Assembly: GCA_937770485.1 (NCBI GenBank)
Contig: CALJHX010000003.1
Span: 60,415-124,414, forward strand
DNA length: 64,000 nucleotides
Direction of reading: 5' to 3'
DNA from: an uncultured Verrucomicrobiae bacterium
GTDB taxonomy: Bacteria; Verrucomicrobiota; Verrucomicrobiia; Limisphaerales; UBA1096
Below the pieces are notes generated by a model. The model was not told the origin of the DNA. It searched no databases and was given only the letters and a program-made list of their open reading frames with translations. Below, in pieces: positions 36,995 to 46,356 of this stretch. The translations under genes and the position numbers were made by a program. Within the stretch, counting starts at the first letter, position 1. Every line of letters starts with the position of its first letter.

Positions 36995-37402
36995 ATGATC
37001 AAGCTCGACCATATTGCCGTTGGGGTGTCGAACCTTGACGCTGCCATCGACTTTTATGAGCAGAAAATCGGGCTGAAATTTCTGTTCAAAAAAGTGGACG
37101 AGGCCCACGGTGAAGCCTTCGCCTATCTCGAGATGAAGGGGGCGCGCCTCGAGTTGCTCCAGTCGCTGCGTTTGCCTAAGAGCCGCGCCGCCGATGATCA
37201 TTCGTTTTGCCCTCACATGGCATTTGCGTCTAATGACATTCACGCCACCGAGCAGGATCTGCGTGAAAAAAAAGTGATCATCCTGAAGGGGCCGATGGAG
37301 ATCCCCGGCATGGTTCGCTGGCTGTACGCCGCAGACCCGGACGGCAACGTGCTGGAGTTTGTGCAGTGGCTAAAACAGGAGAAGCCGATCAATCAGACTT
37401 GA
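36995..37402 (+). CDS. VOC-family (glyoxalase I / dioxygenase fold) protein
   Basis: MIKLDHIAVGVSNLDAAIDFYEQKIGLKF..LELLQ..HMAF..DPDGNVLEFVQ. The start is chosen at the ATG at 36995 rather than the longest ORF. Confidence 0.8.
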   Translation: MIKLDHIAVGVSNLDAAIDFYEQKIGLKFLFKKVDEAHGEAFAYLEMKGARLELLQSLRLPKSRAADDHSFCPHMAFASNDIHATEQDLREKKVIILKGPMEIPGMVRWLYAADPDGNVLEFVQWLKQEKPINQT

Positions 37403-37446
37403 GTTGATTTAGCTGCAGGATGCCGTGGTCTGGCCAGTGACTTGTC

Positions 37447-37650
37447 TTCGCTTTGATTCTCCAACCCAACATTCTCGTTTCGTTGACGTTGGCCGTTAAT
37501 TATCCAGTTGCCTGAGAGGTCGTTTTTTCAGAGAGGGTCATAGTTTCTGGAGCAATCTGTTTCAGGGGGGGGCTCCTTTTCTCCAATGTAGAATAATAAC
37601 ATATGGAACTATAACGACTTCTGAAACACTAATAAATACCCCTGACATAA
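37447..37650 (+). repeat. Right copy of the ~200-nt duplicated segment, ending 66 nt from tRNA-Ser
   Basis: Aligns with 1655-1860. This includes a decayed copy of the last codons of the PQQ-like gene (..LRFDSPTQHSRFVDVGR* against ..VRYDLQGSVAVRRLNR*). Confidence 0.6.
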
Positions 37651-37715
37651 ATGAACATCAGTGAAAACGGTGTAACTGTGACCCACAGAAGTCGTAAGTC
37701 GTTGATAGAGAAAAA

Positions 37716-37805
37716 TGGCGGAAGGGGAGGGATTCGAACCCCCGGAACGATTGCTCGCTCAGTGCTTTTCGAGAGCACCCCGTTCGACCACTCCGGCACC
37801 CTTCC
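37716..37805 (-). tRNA. tRNA-Ser (anticodon CGA), class II with a long variable arm and encoded CCA
   Basis: The minus strand reads GGAAGGGTGCCGGAGTGGTCGAACGGGGTGCTCTCGAAAAGCACTGAGCGAGCAATCGTTCCGGGGGTTCGAATCCCTCCCCTTCCGCCA. It has a 7-bp acceptor stem, anticodon stem GTGCT/AGCAC with loop CT-CGA-AA, and T-loop TTCGAAT. Confidence 0.9.
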
Positions 37806-38171
37806 TTTGGGGCACACATCTTGGCCAAATCCAATGATCATTCAAGCCAATTGATAAAAACGCATGGTATTGTCGTGAAACAGTTTTCGTTGATACTGCG
37901 CTAAGCGATTGGAGACGATTTCCTTTAAGTTCTTGGTTTCACGAGACTCCTCAAATTGCGGATAAATATCCAACGGGGTCATTAGCGGAAGCATTTTTCC
38001 CGATCAGCTAGGTGGCCCCAAATGGAACGGTTCGCATGCCGTGTCTTGACGGAGGTGCTTTTTACGACGGGAGGTTAAGGAATAGTCTCAGAATTCCCAG
38101 CAAGATTTGTCCTATAATTTAGCATGGAAAATTGATTTGGCCCAACCGCTTCGCCAAGCGACCATCTGGCC

Positions 38172-38618
38172 GTGGAGATTCGTTCCCCTAAGTCGAAGTC
38201 AGAGTTTGTGGCGTATTACGAGTTGCGCTGGCGCGTGCTGCGCAAGCCTTGGGGTCAACCGTCTGGCAGTGAACGCGACGAACTCGACGCTGCCGCGACG
38301 CACGTCGCTGGATTCGACGAGGCCAAGCGGCTGGTTTGCGTGGGCCGCCTGCATGCTGTCGAAACCGGCGTTGGCCAGGTGCGTTACATGGCGGTGGAGG
38401 AGTCGCTGCGCGGTCGGGGGCTTGGCCAAGCGGTGCTGGATGAACTTGAGCGACTGGCCCAGCGGCAGGGCATGTCGGTGATCGTTCTGGATGCGCGCGA
38501 GGCGGCGGTTGGGTTCTACCGCCGGAACGGTTACGAGGCTGTGGGCGAGGGCCCCGTGCTGTTTGGAGAGGTTCGGCACAGCAAGATGCAAAAGAAGTTT
38601 TCAGTTTCCATGCCCTGA
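38172..38618 (+). CDS. GNAT-family N-acetyltransferase
   Basis: 148 aa, GTG start. Acetyl-CoA box: MAVEESLRGRGLGQAVLDELERLAQRQG..FYRRNGY. Confidence 0.85.
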   Translation: MEIRSPKSKSEFVAYYELRWRVLRKPWGQPSGSERDELDAAATHVAGFDEAKRLVCVGRLHAVETGVGQVRYMAVEESLRGRGLGQAVLDELERLAQRQGMSVIVLDAREAAVGFYRRNGYEAVGEGPVLFGEVRHSKMQKKFSVSMP

Positions 38619-38647
38619 TCAAGAATGTAAGTTCGCTTTTCAATCAA

Positions 38648-40039
38648 ATGGCAGCCGATCAATCTTCATTTTTTGGGACACTGCTTCGCCGGCTGATCCG
38701 CCGGCTAATCCGGTTTTACTACCCGGTCATTCGCGTGACAAACGCCGACCGACTGCCGAGCGAAGGGGCCACCCTTTACATCGCGAATCATCCCAATTCG
38801 CTGATTGACCCGGTGCTGATCGGCATTGCGACCCAGCGCCCGGTGCGGTTCATGGCCAAGGCGCCTCTGTTCGAGGGCAGGGTGCTGGGGGCGCTGTTGC
38901 GCTCGGTGGGGATGATCCCCGCGTATCGTGCGTCGGACGACAAGTCGTCGGTACGGCGCAACGTCGAGTCGCTCAGCGTGGCGGCGGAGAACTTGGCCAA
39001 GGGACTCCCGATGGGGATTTTCCCCGAGGGCAAAAGCCATGACTTGTCGCATGTCGAGCAGGTTAAGACTGGCGCGGCGCGTATCGCGCAGCAGGCGGTG
39101 GTACTCGCCAAGGGCAAGCCGGTATGGGTGGTGCCTCTGGGGATCAATTACGAGGAGAAACCGCGGTTCCGCAGTCGAGTGTGGGTGGCGGTGGGCGAAA
39201 CAGTGGATGCGACCGATTGGTTTGCTGAACACGTGGGGAACGAAAAACAGGCCATGCGTCAGTTGACCATCGCACTCGACGAACGGTTGAAGGCGGTCGT
39301 CGTGCATCTGGACGATCCCCGGTGGGGGCCGCTCCTGGATGACCTGGAGTGGCTTGCCCCTGTGTACGCCAGCGCCGATAAGGTGCGAGCCGTCTCGCGC
39401 GTGCAACGGCGAAAAAACATCGCCGAAGCGGTCAATTATTTTGAATTGAAAGACCCGGAGCGAGCCGAAGTGATTACGGCCAGGGTGGCGGCGCATGAGG
39501 AGGCACTTGGCCAAGCGGGGGTGCGGATCAACTCGCCGGTGTTTCAGTATACCGGCGCGGCTTTGTTTTGGCGCTTCGCATTCAAGGCTTACCGCGTTGC
39601 GTTTGCCCTGCCGGCGTTGATTGGGACGCTGCTTCACCTGATCCCGTTCATCCTGGTTCGGGTGATTTCGCCGAGGCTCGAGGGCATCGGTAAAACGACC
39701 ACGTCGCTCTACCGCATTTTGGTTGGCTTGCCGTTTTATGGGATATGGTACGTGGCCTCTTGGTTTGCATTGCACCGATACACGGACGCAACAATAGCCA
39801 CGACGGCGGTTGCGGCCATGCCGTTGATTGGTATTTTTGCATTCCATTACTGGATCAACGCCGGTGTCGTTTGGCGATCGTTGCGAGAGGAGGCTAAGCT
39901 GTTGTTCAATGCCGAGTTGCTGGCCGAGTTGCGCGCGGAGAACCTCGCCGTCAAAGAACAGATTGCTGAACTGGGCGATGAGTATCGGGAAGCCTTTCCT
40001 GACAAGTTCGCCGATCCCAAATCTACGGCTTCAGTCTGA
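38648..40039 (+). CDS. Lysophospholipid/glycerol-phosphate acyltransferase (PlsC-like) with a C-terminal membrane domain
   Basis: IANHPNSLIDP (H..D catalytic box), MGIFPEGKSHD, and C-terminal hydrophobic helices. Confidence 0.8.
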   Translation: MAADQSSFFGTLLRRLIRRLIRFYYPVIRVTNADRLPSEGATLYIANHPNSLIDPVLIGIATQRPVRFMAKAPLFEGRVLGALLRSVGMIPAYRASDDKSSVRRNVESLSVAAENLAKGLPMGIFPEGKSHDLSHVEQVKTGAARIAQQAVVLAKGKPVWVVPLGINYEEKPRFRSRVWVAVGETVDATDWFAEHVGNEKQAMRQLTIALDERLKAVVVHLDDPRWGPLLDDLEWLAPVYASADKVRAVSRVQRRKNIAEAVNYFELKDPERAEVITARVAAHEEALGQAGVRINSPVFQYTGAALFWRFAFKAYRVAFALPALIGTLLHLIPFILVRVISPRLEGIGKTTTSLYRILVGLPFYGIWYVASWFALHRYTDATIATTAVAAMPLIGIFAFHYWINAGVVWRSLREEAKLLFNAELLAELRAENLAVKEQIAELGDEYREAFPDKFADPKSTASV

Positions 40040-40324
40040 GCGGGGAAAATTATCTTGGTCATTGGGTGTCACGGTCAAGAGGCGTTTATCATTCTACCAC
40101 ATGTCGTTTGGCGTGGTAGCTGTTTGCTGAGTCCCCTATAAATTTGATCACAATTCCGTCTGCACTGGCAATGCCGACGGTGGTCGGTGCTTTCTTCTTA
40201 TTTGGCTTGGGGAGCCAAGTTGCCTATTCGCCGAAGTCGGTTATGGTTTTTCGATCCACTTCCTGTTGACAGTCGACTGCAGGCTTAAGCCGGTGCCGTG
40301 AATCATAGCAAACAACACCACACT

Positions 40325-41884
40325 TTATCGACCGAGTGAGGGGAAGGCAGCAAGCAACTTTTGGCTGAAAGTATTGGGGTGGCCTTCGTTGGATTGAATT
40401 GGGCCGGGGGTAGTGCGACCGTTTTTGATCGCTCTAGCCAAGGTGGCAACGAGATCTTGCACCAGTTTGGGGTGCTTGGCCTGTAGGTTGTTTTGCTCGG
40501 TTGGATCCGCGGCGAGGTCGTACAACTGCACAGGTGGCAGTGACTTGTTTTTCTTGGCGGTAGTTGGCTTGGGGTCGCTCCATCCGCCGGAACCGGGGCA
40601 GAGGGCGAGTTTCCATTTGCCGCGGCGGATGGCGAACGAGCCGTTGATTGAGTGGTGGATGGTGAACGGGCGCCGCTTGGCCTGCGCTTGGCCAAGCAGG
40701 CCAGGGAGGAATGAAAATGAATCCTCGGCGGCGTTGGCCGGGATGGTTTCACTCTTGCCGAGTATATCGGCGACCGTGGCGAAGAGATCCGCCGTGCATA
40801 TGGTTTGGCCAGATGTGGAACTGACTGCAACCTTGCCTGGCCATCGGACGAGAAACGGTACGCGGTGGCCGCCTTCGAAAATGTCGGCTTTGTGCCCGCG
40901 CCAGTCGGCGTTGGGCTTGTGGCTCTTGGCCACGAGCGCCGGGATTTTTGCCGCTGGTGAGCAGCCGTTGTCTGTCGCGAAAATGACGATGGTGTCTTTG
41001 GCCAGGCGATGGCGGTCGAGCGCTTGCAGCACTTGGCCAACGACCCAGTCGGTTTCCATCAGGAAATCGCCGTACTTGCCGATGTCGGATTTGCCCTGCC
41101 ACGGTTTCGACGGAACGATCGGCGTGTGAGGGCTACTCAGCGGCAGGTAGAGGAAAAACGGCTTGTCCCGCTCCTTGGCCCGGGCGTCGATGAACGTGCC
41201 GGCCTCGCGGGCAAAGTCGCGCAGACAATTTATCGCCTCGAAATCCTCCGCGCACGGGCCGGGCCGGTGGAACGCCTTGGTCACCGTTGCCCAGGCGGTC
41301 GGCTTGTCGTTCTGCAAGTAAACATATGGAAACATGTCGAGCGACGCGGGGATGATGAACGATTCGTCAAAGCCGATGGCCAACGGGCCGCCGTTGACTT
41401 TTTTGCCGTAGTCAATTTGCCAGCCGTCGCCCTTGGTCGGGCCGCTCTTGGCTTGGCGTTTTTCGCCGTTGGGCAGCATCTGCCAGCCAAGACCGAGGTG
41501 CCACTTGCCAACGACGCCGGTGTGATAGCCGTTCTCTTGCAGAAACTTTGGCGTGGTGAGTCGATCGGTGGCGACGAGCGGCTCAGACAACCCCCAAAGG
41601 ACGCCTTTCTTCAACGTGCTCCGCCAATTGTAGCGGCCTGTGATGATGCCGTAGCGGGTTGGCGTGCAGACCGACGACGTCGTGTGTGCGTCGGTGAAGC
41701 GCATTCCTTCGTGTGCCAAGCGGTCACAGTGCGGCGTCCGCGCCTTCCCTCCAGCGTGAGAGAGATCGCCATAACCAAGATCGTCGGCAAGAATGAAAAT
41801 AACATTCGGCTTGTCGGCTGCATGTGCCAAGGAAAGAAAAAACAGCGAGAAAACAGTGAGAAACAACAATTTAATGGAAAGCAT
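40325..41884 (-). CDS. Arylsulfatase (formylglycine-dependent sulfatase family)
   Basis: PNVIFILADDLGYGDL, SVCTPTRYGIITGRY (C-x-P-x-R), GKWHLG, ..LYDLAADPTEQNNL. Confidence 0.9.
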   Translation of the reverse strand: MLSIKLLFLTVFSLFFLSLAHAADKPNVIFILADDLGYGDLSHAGGKARTPHCDRLAHEGMRFTDAHTTSSVCTPTRYGIITGRYNWRSTLKKGVLWGLSEPLVATDRLTTPKFLQENGYHTGVVGKWHLGLGWQMLPNGEKRQAKSGPTKGDGWQIDYGKKVNGGPLAIGFDESFIIPASLDMFPYVYLQNDKPTAWATVTKAFHRPGPCAEDFEAINCLRDFAREAGTFIDARAKERDKPFFLYLPLSSPHTPIVPSKPWQGKSDIGKYGDFLMETDWVVGQVLQALDRHRLAKDTIVIFATDNGCSPAAKIPALVAKSHKPNADWRGHKADIFEGGHRVPFLVRWPGKVAVSSTSGQTICTADLFATVADILGKSETIPANAAEDSFSFLPGLLGQAQAKRRPFTIHHSINGSFAIRRGKWKLALCPGSGGWSDPKPTTAKKNKSLPPVQLYDLAADPTEQNNLQAKHPKLVQDLVATLARAIKNGRTTPGPIQSNEGHPNTFSQKLLAAFPSLGR

Positions 41885-42095
41885 CAGACTTTATTAGCTT
41901 ATTAAATCGTTTCATGCAAGGTAAGTTCAAGAACACATAAGCCCATTTATGAAAAGTCAGTCTCTTCGAAATTAACAAAAGAAAACAGTTCTTTAAATAT
42001 TATTATTTTGGTGAAAATCCCTTGACAGGAACCCAGTAAATTATGAATGTCCGGCCGTTGTTTTTGATTTATTACCATCAGGATCTATTTTTATT

Positions 42096-45000
42096 ATGAC
42101 TAAACAAGCTAGTTTAAACGGAGTTATCGCCTTTATTATTGCATTGGCGGTAGGAATGCCTTCCTTGAAGGCGCAGGAATTGTCTCTGAGCGCCGAGGAC
42201 ATGCAGTACGACGCAAATGGAGCAAGCATTACACTTGATGGAGATGCCTCTGATTGGGCGGACGCCGAGTTCAAGAGCCAGATCCCGTTCGAGAAGGGTG
42301 GAGAGCTGGTATTATTTGAGGAGTACGGCGGCGGAACCTGGAGTGGTGTGGAGGATCACTCAAGCGCAGTGGCGTTTGCGTGGGATGCATCCAACTTATA
42401 TATCGGAGTTGTTGTGACAGATGACACGCACCAGAACGGTGGCAGTGGCTGGAACGGTGATTCGATCCAGATGGTATTTGCCAATGCAGCACAGGACACA
42501 GTGACTCACCTGTACAACTACGGTCTGAGCGACGGTGGTGATGTGGTGATCATGAATGAGAAGGGTCCAGGCGGTTCAGAGGCTTCGATCACACGTGATG
42601 AAGATTCAACGACTACGTTGTACGAGTTTTGTTTCCCAGCAGCCTCACTTGGTTTGGATGGCTACGAGAGTGGCATGCAGATCGGAGTGGGAGTATGCGT
42701 GAACGACGGTGATACACAGGATGGTCAGGGTGGCCAGAAGGGTTGGAGTGGTTGGGGTCCGTACGCAGCAGTGTACGGCAAGACAGCCAGTGCAACAGGA
42801 CTTGTGAGCCTTGTCGGTAACGCACCGGCTGCTGATCTAACGTTGAGCGCCGAGGACATGCAGTATGACGCAAATGGAGCAACCATTACACTTGATGGAG
42901 ATGCATCTGATTGGGCGGACGCCGAGTTCAAGAGCCAGATCCCGTTCGAGAAGGGTGGAGAGCTGGTATTATTTGAGGAGTACGGCGGCGGGACCTGGAG
43001 TGGTGCGGAGGATCACTCAAGCGCAGTGGCGTTTGCGTGGGATGCATCCAACTTATATATCGGAGTTGTTGTGACAGATGACACGCACCAGAACGGTGGC
43101 AGTGGCTGGAACGGTGATTCGATCCAGATGGTATTTGCCAATGCAGCACAGGACACAGTGACTCACCTGTACAACTACGGTCTGAGCGACGGTGGTGATG
43201 TGGTGATCATGAATGAGAAGGGTCCAGGCGGTTCAGAGGCTTCGATCACACGTGATGAAGATTTTACGACTACGTTGTACGAGTTTAGTTTCCCAGCGGC
43301 CTCACTTGGTTTGGATGGCTACGAGAGCGGCATGCAGATCGGAGTGGGAATATGCGTGAACGACGGTGACACACAGGATGGTCAGGGTGGCCAGAAGGGT
43401 TGGAGTGGTTGGGGTCCGTACGCAGCAGTGTACGGCAAGACAGCCAGTGCAACAGGACTTGTGAGCCTTGTTGGAGATGCACCGGCTGCTGATCTAACGT
43501 TGAGCGCCGAGGACATGCAGTACGACGCAAATGGAGCAAGCATTACACTTGATGGAGATGCCTCTGATTGGGCGGACGCCGAGTTCAAGAGCCAGATCCC
43601 GTTCGAGAAGGGTGGAGAGCTGGTATTATTTGAGGAGTACGGCGGCGGGACCTGGAGTGGTCCGGCTGATCACTCAAGCGCAGTGGCGTTTGCGTGGGAT
43701 GCATCCAACTTATATATCGGAGTTGTTGTGACAGATGACACGCACCAGAACGGTGGCAGTGGCTGGAACGGTGATTCGATCCAGATGGTATTTGCCAATG
43801 CAGCACAGGACACAGTGACTCACCTGTACAACTACGGTCTGAGCGACGGTGGTGATGTGGTGATCATGAATGAGAAGGGTCCAGGCGGTTCAGAGGCTTC
43901 GATCACACGTGATGAAGATTCAACGACTACGTTGTACGAGTTCAGTTTCCCAGCGGCTTCACTTGGTTTGGATGGCTACGAGAGTGGCATGCAGATCGGA
44001 GTGGGAATATGCGTGAACGACGGTGACACACAGGATGGTCAGGGTGGCCAGAAGGGTTGGAGTGGTTGGGGTCCGTACGCAGCAGTGTACGGCAAGACAG
44101 CCAGTGCAACAGGACTTGTGAGCCTTGTTGGAGATGCACCGGCTGCTGATCTAACGTTGAGCGCCGAGGACATGCAGTACGACGCAAATGGAGCAAGCAT
44201 TACACTTGATGGAGATGCCTCTGATTGGGCGGACGCCGAGTTCAAGAGCCAGATCCCGTTCGAGAAGGGTGGAGAGCTGGTATTATTTGAGGAGTACGGC
44301 GGCGGGACCTGGAGTGGTCCGGCTGATCACTCAAGCGCAGTGGCGTTTGCGTGGGATGCATCCAACTTATATATCGGAGTTGTTGTGACAGATGACACGC
44401 ACCAGAACGGTGGCAGTGGCTGGAACGGTGATTCGATCCAGATGGTATTTGCCAATGCAGCACAGGACACAGTGACTCACCTGTACAACTACGGTCTGAG
44501 CGACGGTGGTGATGTGGTGATCATGAATGAGAAGGGTCCAGGCGGTTCAGAGGCTTCGATCACACGTGATGAAGATTCAACGACTACGTTGTACGAGTTC
44601 AGTTTCCCAGCGGCTTCACTTGGTTTGGATGGCTACGAGAGTGGCATGCAGATCGGAGTGGGAATATGCGTGAACGACGGTGACACACAGGATGGTCAGG
44701 GTGGCCAGAAGGGTTGGAGTGGTTGGGGTCCGTACGCAGCAGTGTACGGCAAGACAGCCAGTGCAACAGGACTTGTGAGCCTTGTTGGAGATGCACCGGC
44801 TGCTGATCTAACGTTGAGCGCCGAGGACATGCAGTACGACGCAAATGGAGCAAGCATTACACTTGATGGAGATGCCTCTGATTGGGCGGACGCCGAGTTC
44901 AAGAGCCAGATCCCGTTCGAGAAGGGTGGAGAGCTGGTATTATTTGAGGAGTACGGCGGCGGGACCTGGAGTGGTCCGGCTGATCACTCAAGCGCAGTGG

Positions 45001-46289
45001 CGTTTGCGTGGGATGCATCCAACTTATATATCGGAGTTGTTGTGACAGATGACACGCACCAGAACGGTGGCAGTGGCTGGAACGGTGATTCGATCCAGAT
45101 GGTATTCGCCAATGCAGCACAGGACACAGTGACTCACCTGTACAACTACGGTCTGAGCGACGGTGGTGATGTGGTGATCATGAATGAGAAGGGTCCAGGC
45201 GGTTCAGAGGCTTCGATCACACGTGATGAAGATTCAATGACTACGTTGTACGAGTTCAGTTTCCCAGCGGCTTCACTTGGTTTGGATGGCTACGAGAGTG
45301 GCATGCAGATCGGAGTGGGAATATGCGTGAACGACGGTGACACACAGGATGGTCAGGGTGGCCAGAAGGGTTGGAGTGGTTGGGGTCCGTACGCAGCAGT
45401 GTACGGCAAGACAGCCAGTGCAACAGGACTTGTGAGCCTTGTCGGAGACGCACCTAGCGTTGATCTAACGTTGAGCGCTGAGGACATGCAGTACGACGCA
45501 AATGGAGCAACCATTACACTTGATGGAGATGCCTCTGATTGGGCGGACGCCGAGTTCAAGAGCCAGATCCCGTTCGAGAAGGGTGGAGAGCTGGTATTAT
45601 TTGAGGAGTACGGCGGCGGGACCTGGAGTGGTCCGGCTGATCACTCAAGCGCAGTGGCGTTTGCGTGGGATGCATCCAACTTATATATCGGAGTTGTTGT
45701 GACAGATGACACGCACCAGAACGGTGGCAGTGGCTGGAACGGTGATTCGATCCAGATGGTATTTGCCAATGCAGCACAGGACACAGTGACTCACCTGTAT
45801 AACTACGGTCTGAGCGACGGTGGTGATGTGGTGATCATGAATGAGAAGGGTCCAGGCGGTTCAGAGGCTTCGATCACACGTGACGACGATACGATGACTA
45901 CGTTGTACGAGTTTAGTTTCCCAGCGGCTTCACTTGGTTTGGATGGCTACGAGAGTGGCATGGCAATCGGAGTGGGAATATGCGTGAATGACGGTGACAC
46001 ACAGGATGGTCAGGGTGGCCAGAAGGGTTGGAGTGGTTGGGGTCCGTACGCAGCAGTGTACGGCAAGACAGCCAGCGCGACCGGTTTGGTTAATCTAGTG
46101 GGAGAGTCCACATCTGATGGTCCTGCTCTAAGCGTTGTGAGCAACGGAGATGGCACGGTAACGATGACCTTTGAAGGTACGCTACAGTCAGCTCCGACAG
46201 TGAATGGTCCATGGTCGGACGTGGACGCAGCGAGTCCGTTGACGGTTCCGGCCGACCAGGCAGCGCAGTTTGGCCGAGCAAAGAATTAA
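42096..46289 (+). CDS. Giant secreted protein: six tandem 219-aa CBM9/DOMON-like modules plus the shared C-terminal module
   Basis: Signal peptide, then 6 x (LSAEDMQYDANGA.ITLDGDASDWADAEF..AFAWDASNLYIGVVVTDDTHQNGGSGWNGDSIQMVFA..GVCVNDGDTQDGQGGQKGWSGWGPY..). The domain-family call is tentative. Confidence 0.75.
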   Translation: MTKQASLNGVIAFIIALAVGMPSLKAQELSLSAEDMQYDANGASITLDGDASDWADAEFKSQIPFEKGGELVLFEEYGGGTWSGVEDHSSAVAFAWDASNLYIGVVVTDDTHQNGGSGWNGDSIQMVFANAAQDTVTHLYNYGLSDGGDVVIMNEKGPGGSEASITRDEDSTTTLYEFCFPAASLGLDGYESGMQIGVGVCVNDGDTQDGQGGQKGWSGWGPYAAVYGKTASATGLVSLVGNAPAADLTLSAEDMQYDANGATITLDGDASDWADAEFKSQIPFEKGGELVLFEEYGGGTWSGAEDHSSAVAFAWDASNLYIGVVVTDDTHQNGGSGWNGDSIQMVFANAAQDTVTHLYNYGLSDGGDVVIMNEKGPGGSEASITRDEDFTTTLYEFSFPAASLGLDGYESGMQIGVGICVNDGDTQDGQGGQKGWSGWGPYAAVYGKTASATGLVSLVGDAPAADLTLSAEDMQYDANGASITLDGDASDWADAEFKSQIPFEKGGELVLFEEYGGGTWSGPADHSSAVAFAWDASNLYIGVVVTDDTHQNGGSGWNGDSIQMVFANAAQDTVTHLYNYGLSDGGDVVIMNEKGPGGSEASITRDEDSTTTLYEFSFPAASLGLDGYESGMQIGVGICVNDGDTQDGQGGQKGWSGWGPYAAVYGKTASATGLVSLVGDAPAADLTLSAEDMQYDANGASITLDGDASDWADAEFKSQIPFEKGGELVLFEEYGGGTWSGPADHSSAVAFAWDASNLYIGVVVTDDTHQNGGSGWNGDSIQMVFANAAQDTVTHLYNYGLSDGGDVVIMNEKGPGGSEASITRDEDSTTTLYEFSFPAASLGLDGYESGMQIGVGICVNDGDTQDGQGGQKGWSGWGPYAAVYGKTASATGLVSLVGDAPAADLTLSAEDMQYDANGASITLDGDASDWADAEFKSQIPFEKGGELVLFEEYGGGTWSGPADHSSAVAFAWDASNLYIGVVVTDDTHQNGGSGWNGDSIQMVFANAAQDTVTHLYNYGLSDGGDVVIMNEKGPGGSEASITRDEDSMTTLYEFSFPAASLGLDGYESGMQIGVGICVNDGDTQDGQGGQKGWSGWGPYAAVYGKTASATGLVSLVGDAPSVDLTLSAEDMQYDANGATITLDGDASDWADAEFKSQIPFEKGGELVLFEEYGGGTWSGPADHSSAVAFAWDASNLYIGVVVTDDTHQNGGSGWNGDSIQMVFANAAQDTVTHLYNYGLSDGGDVVIMNEKGPGGSEASITRDDDTMTTLYEFSFPAASLGLDGYESGMAIGVGICVNDGDTQDGQGGQKGWSGWGPYAAVYGKTASATGLVNLVGESTSDGPALSVVSNGDGTVTMTFEGTLQSAPTVNGPWSDVDAASPLTVPADQAAQFGRAKN
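42177..46118 (+). repeat. Six tandem direct repeats of exactly 657 bp
   Basis: Units start at 42177, 42834, 43491, 44148, 44805 and 45462. Units 3 and 4 are identical over the 657-nt comparison frame 43501-44157 vs 44158-44814 (compared line by line). Unit 5 differs at a handful of positions, and units 1, 2 and 6 differ slightly more. Confidence 0.95.
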
Positions 46290-46323
46290 TTCGGTTAATT
46301 AAACCAAAAAAAACACTCATCTA

Positions 46324-46356
46324 GAGACCGGGCTTAATGCCCGGTCTCTTTTTTTT
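46324..46356 (+). terminator. Rho-independent terminator
   Basis: GAGACCGGGC-TTAAT-GCCCGGTCTC (perfect 10-bp stem) followed by T8. Confidence 0.85.

Noticed and set aside
36842-37243. A 133-aa ORF antisense to the VOC-family gene.
   Set aside because: It overlaps a gene with clear glyoxalase/VOC motifs and has no motif of its own.
1655-37805. Calling the 36-kb region a bona fide tRNA-integrated genomic island or ICE.
   Set aside because: There are no integrase, excisionase, conjugation or phage genes. The flanking repeats are diverged and do not overlap the tRNA 3' end. One cassette relic lies outside the left repeat. I kept it as a hypothesis in the findings, not as a mobile_element feature.
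38107-41905. Many long overlapping ORFs on both strands in the G+C-rich segment (for example 38188-38643, 38705-39847, 40303-41040, 41009-41905).
   Set aside because: They are Arg/Pro/Gly-rich translations typical of off-frame reading of high-GC genes. Each is fully contained in a gene with clear family signatures (GNAT, PlsC-like, sulfatase).
42217-45777. Series of 60-90-aa ORFs on both strands recurring every 657 nt (for example 42271-42492, 42928-43149, 43382-43588).
   Set aside because: They are frame shadows of the six tandem coding units of the 1397-aa gene. Their periodicity only reflects the repeat.
42177-46118. A CRISPR array or other spacer-repeat structure.
   Set aside because: The repeats are 657 bp, contiguous, coding and without spacers. 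No short 25-40-nt direct repeats with unique spacers were seen anywhere in the window.
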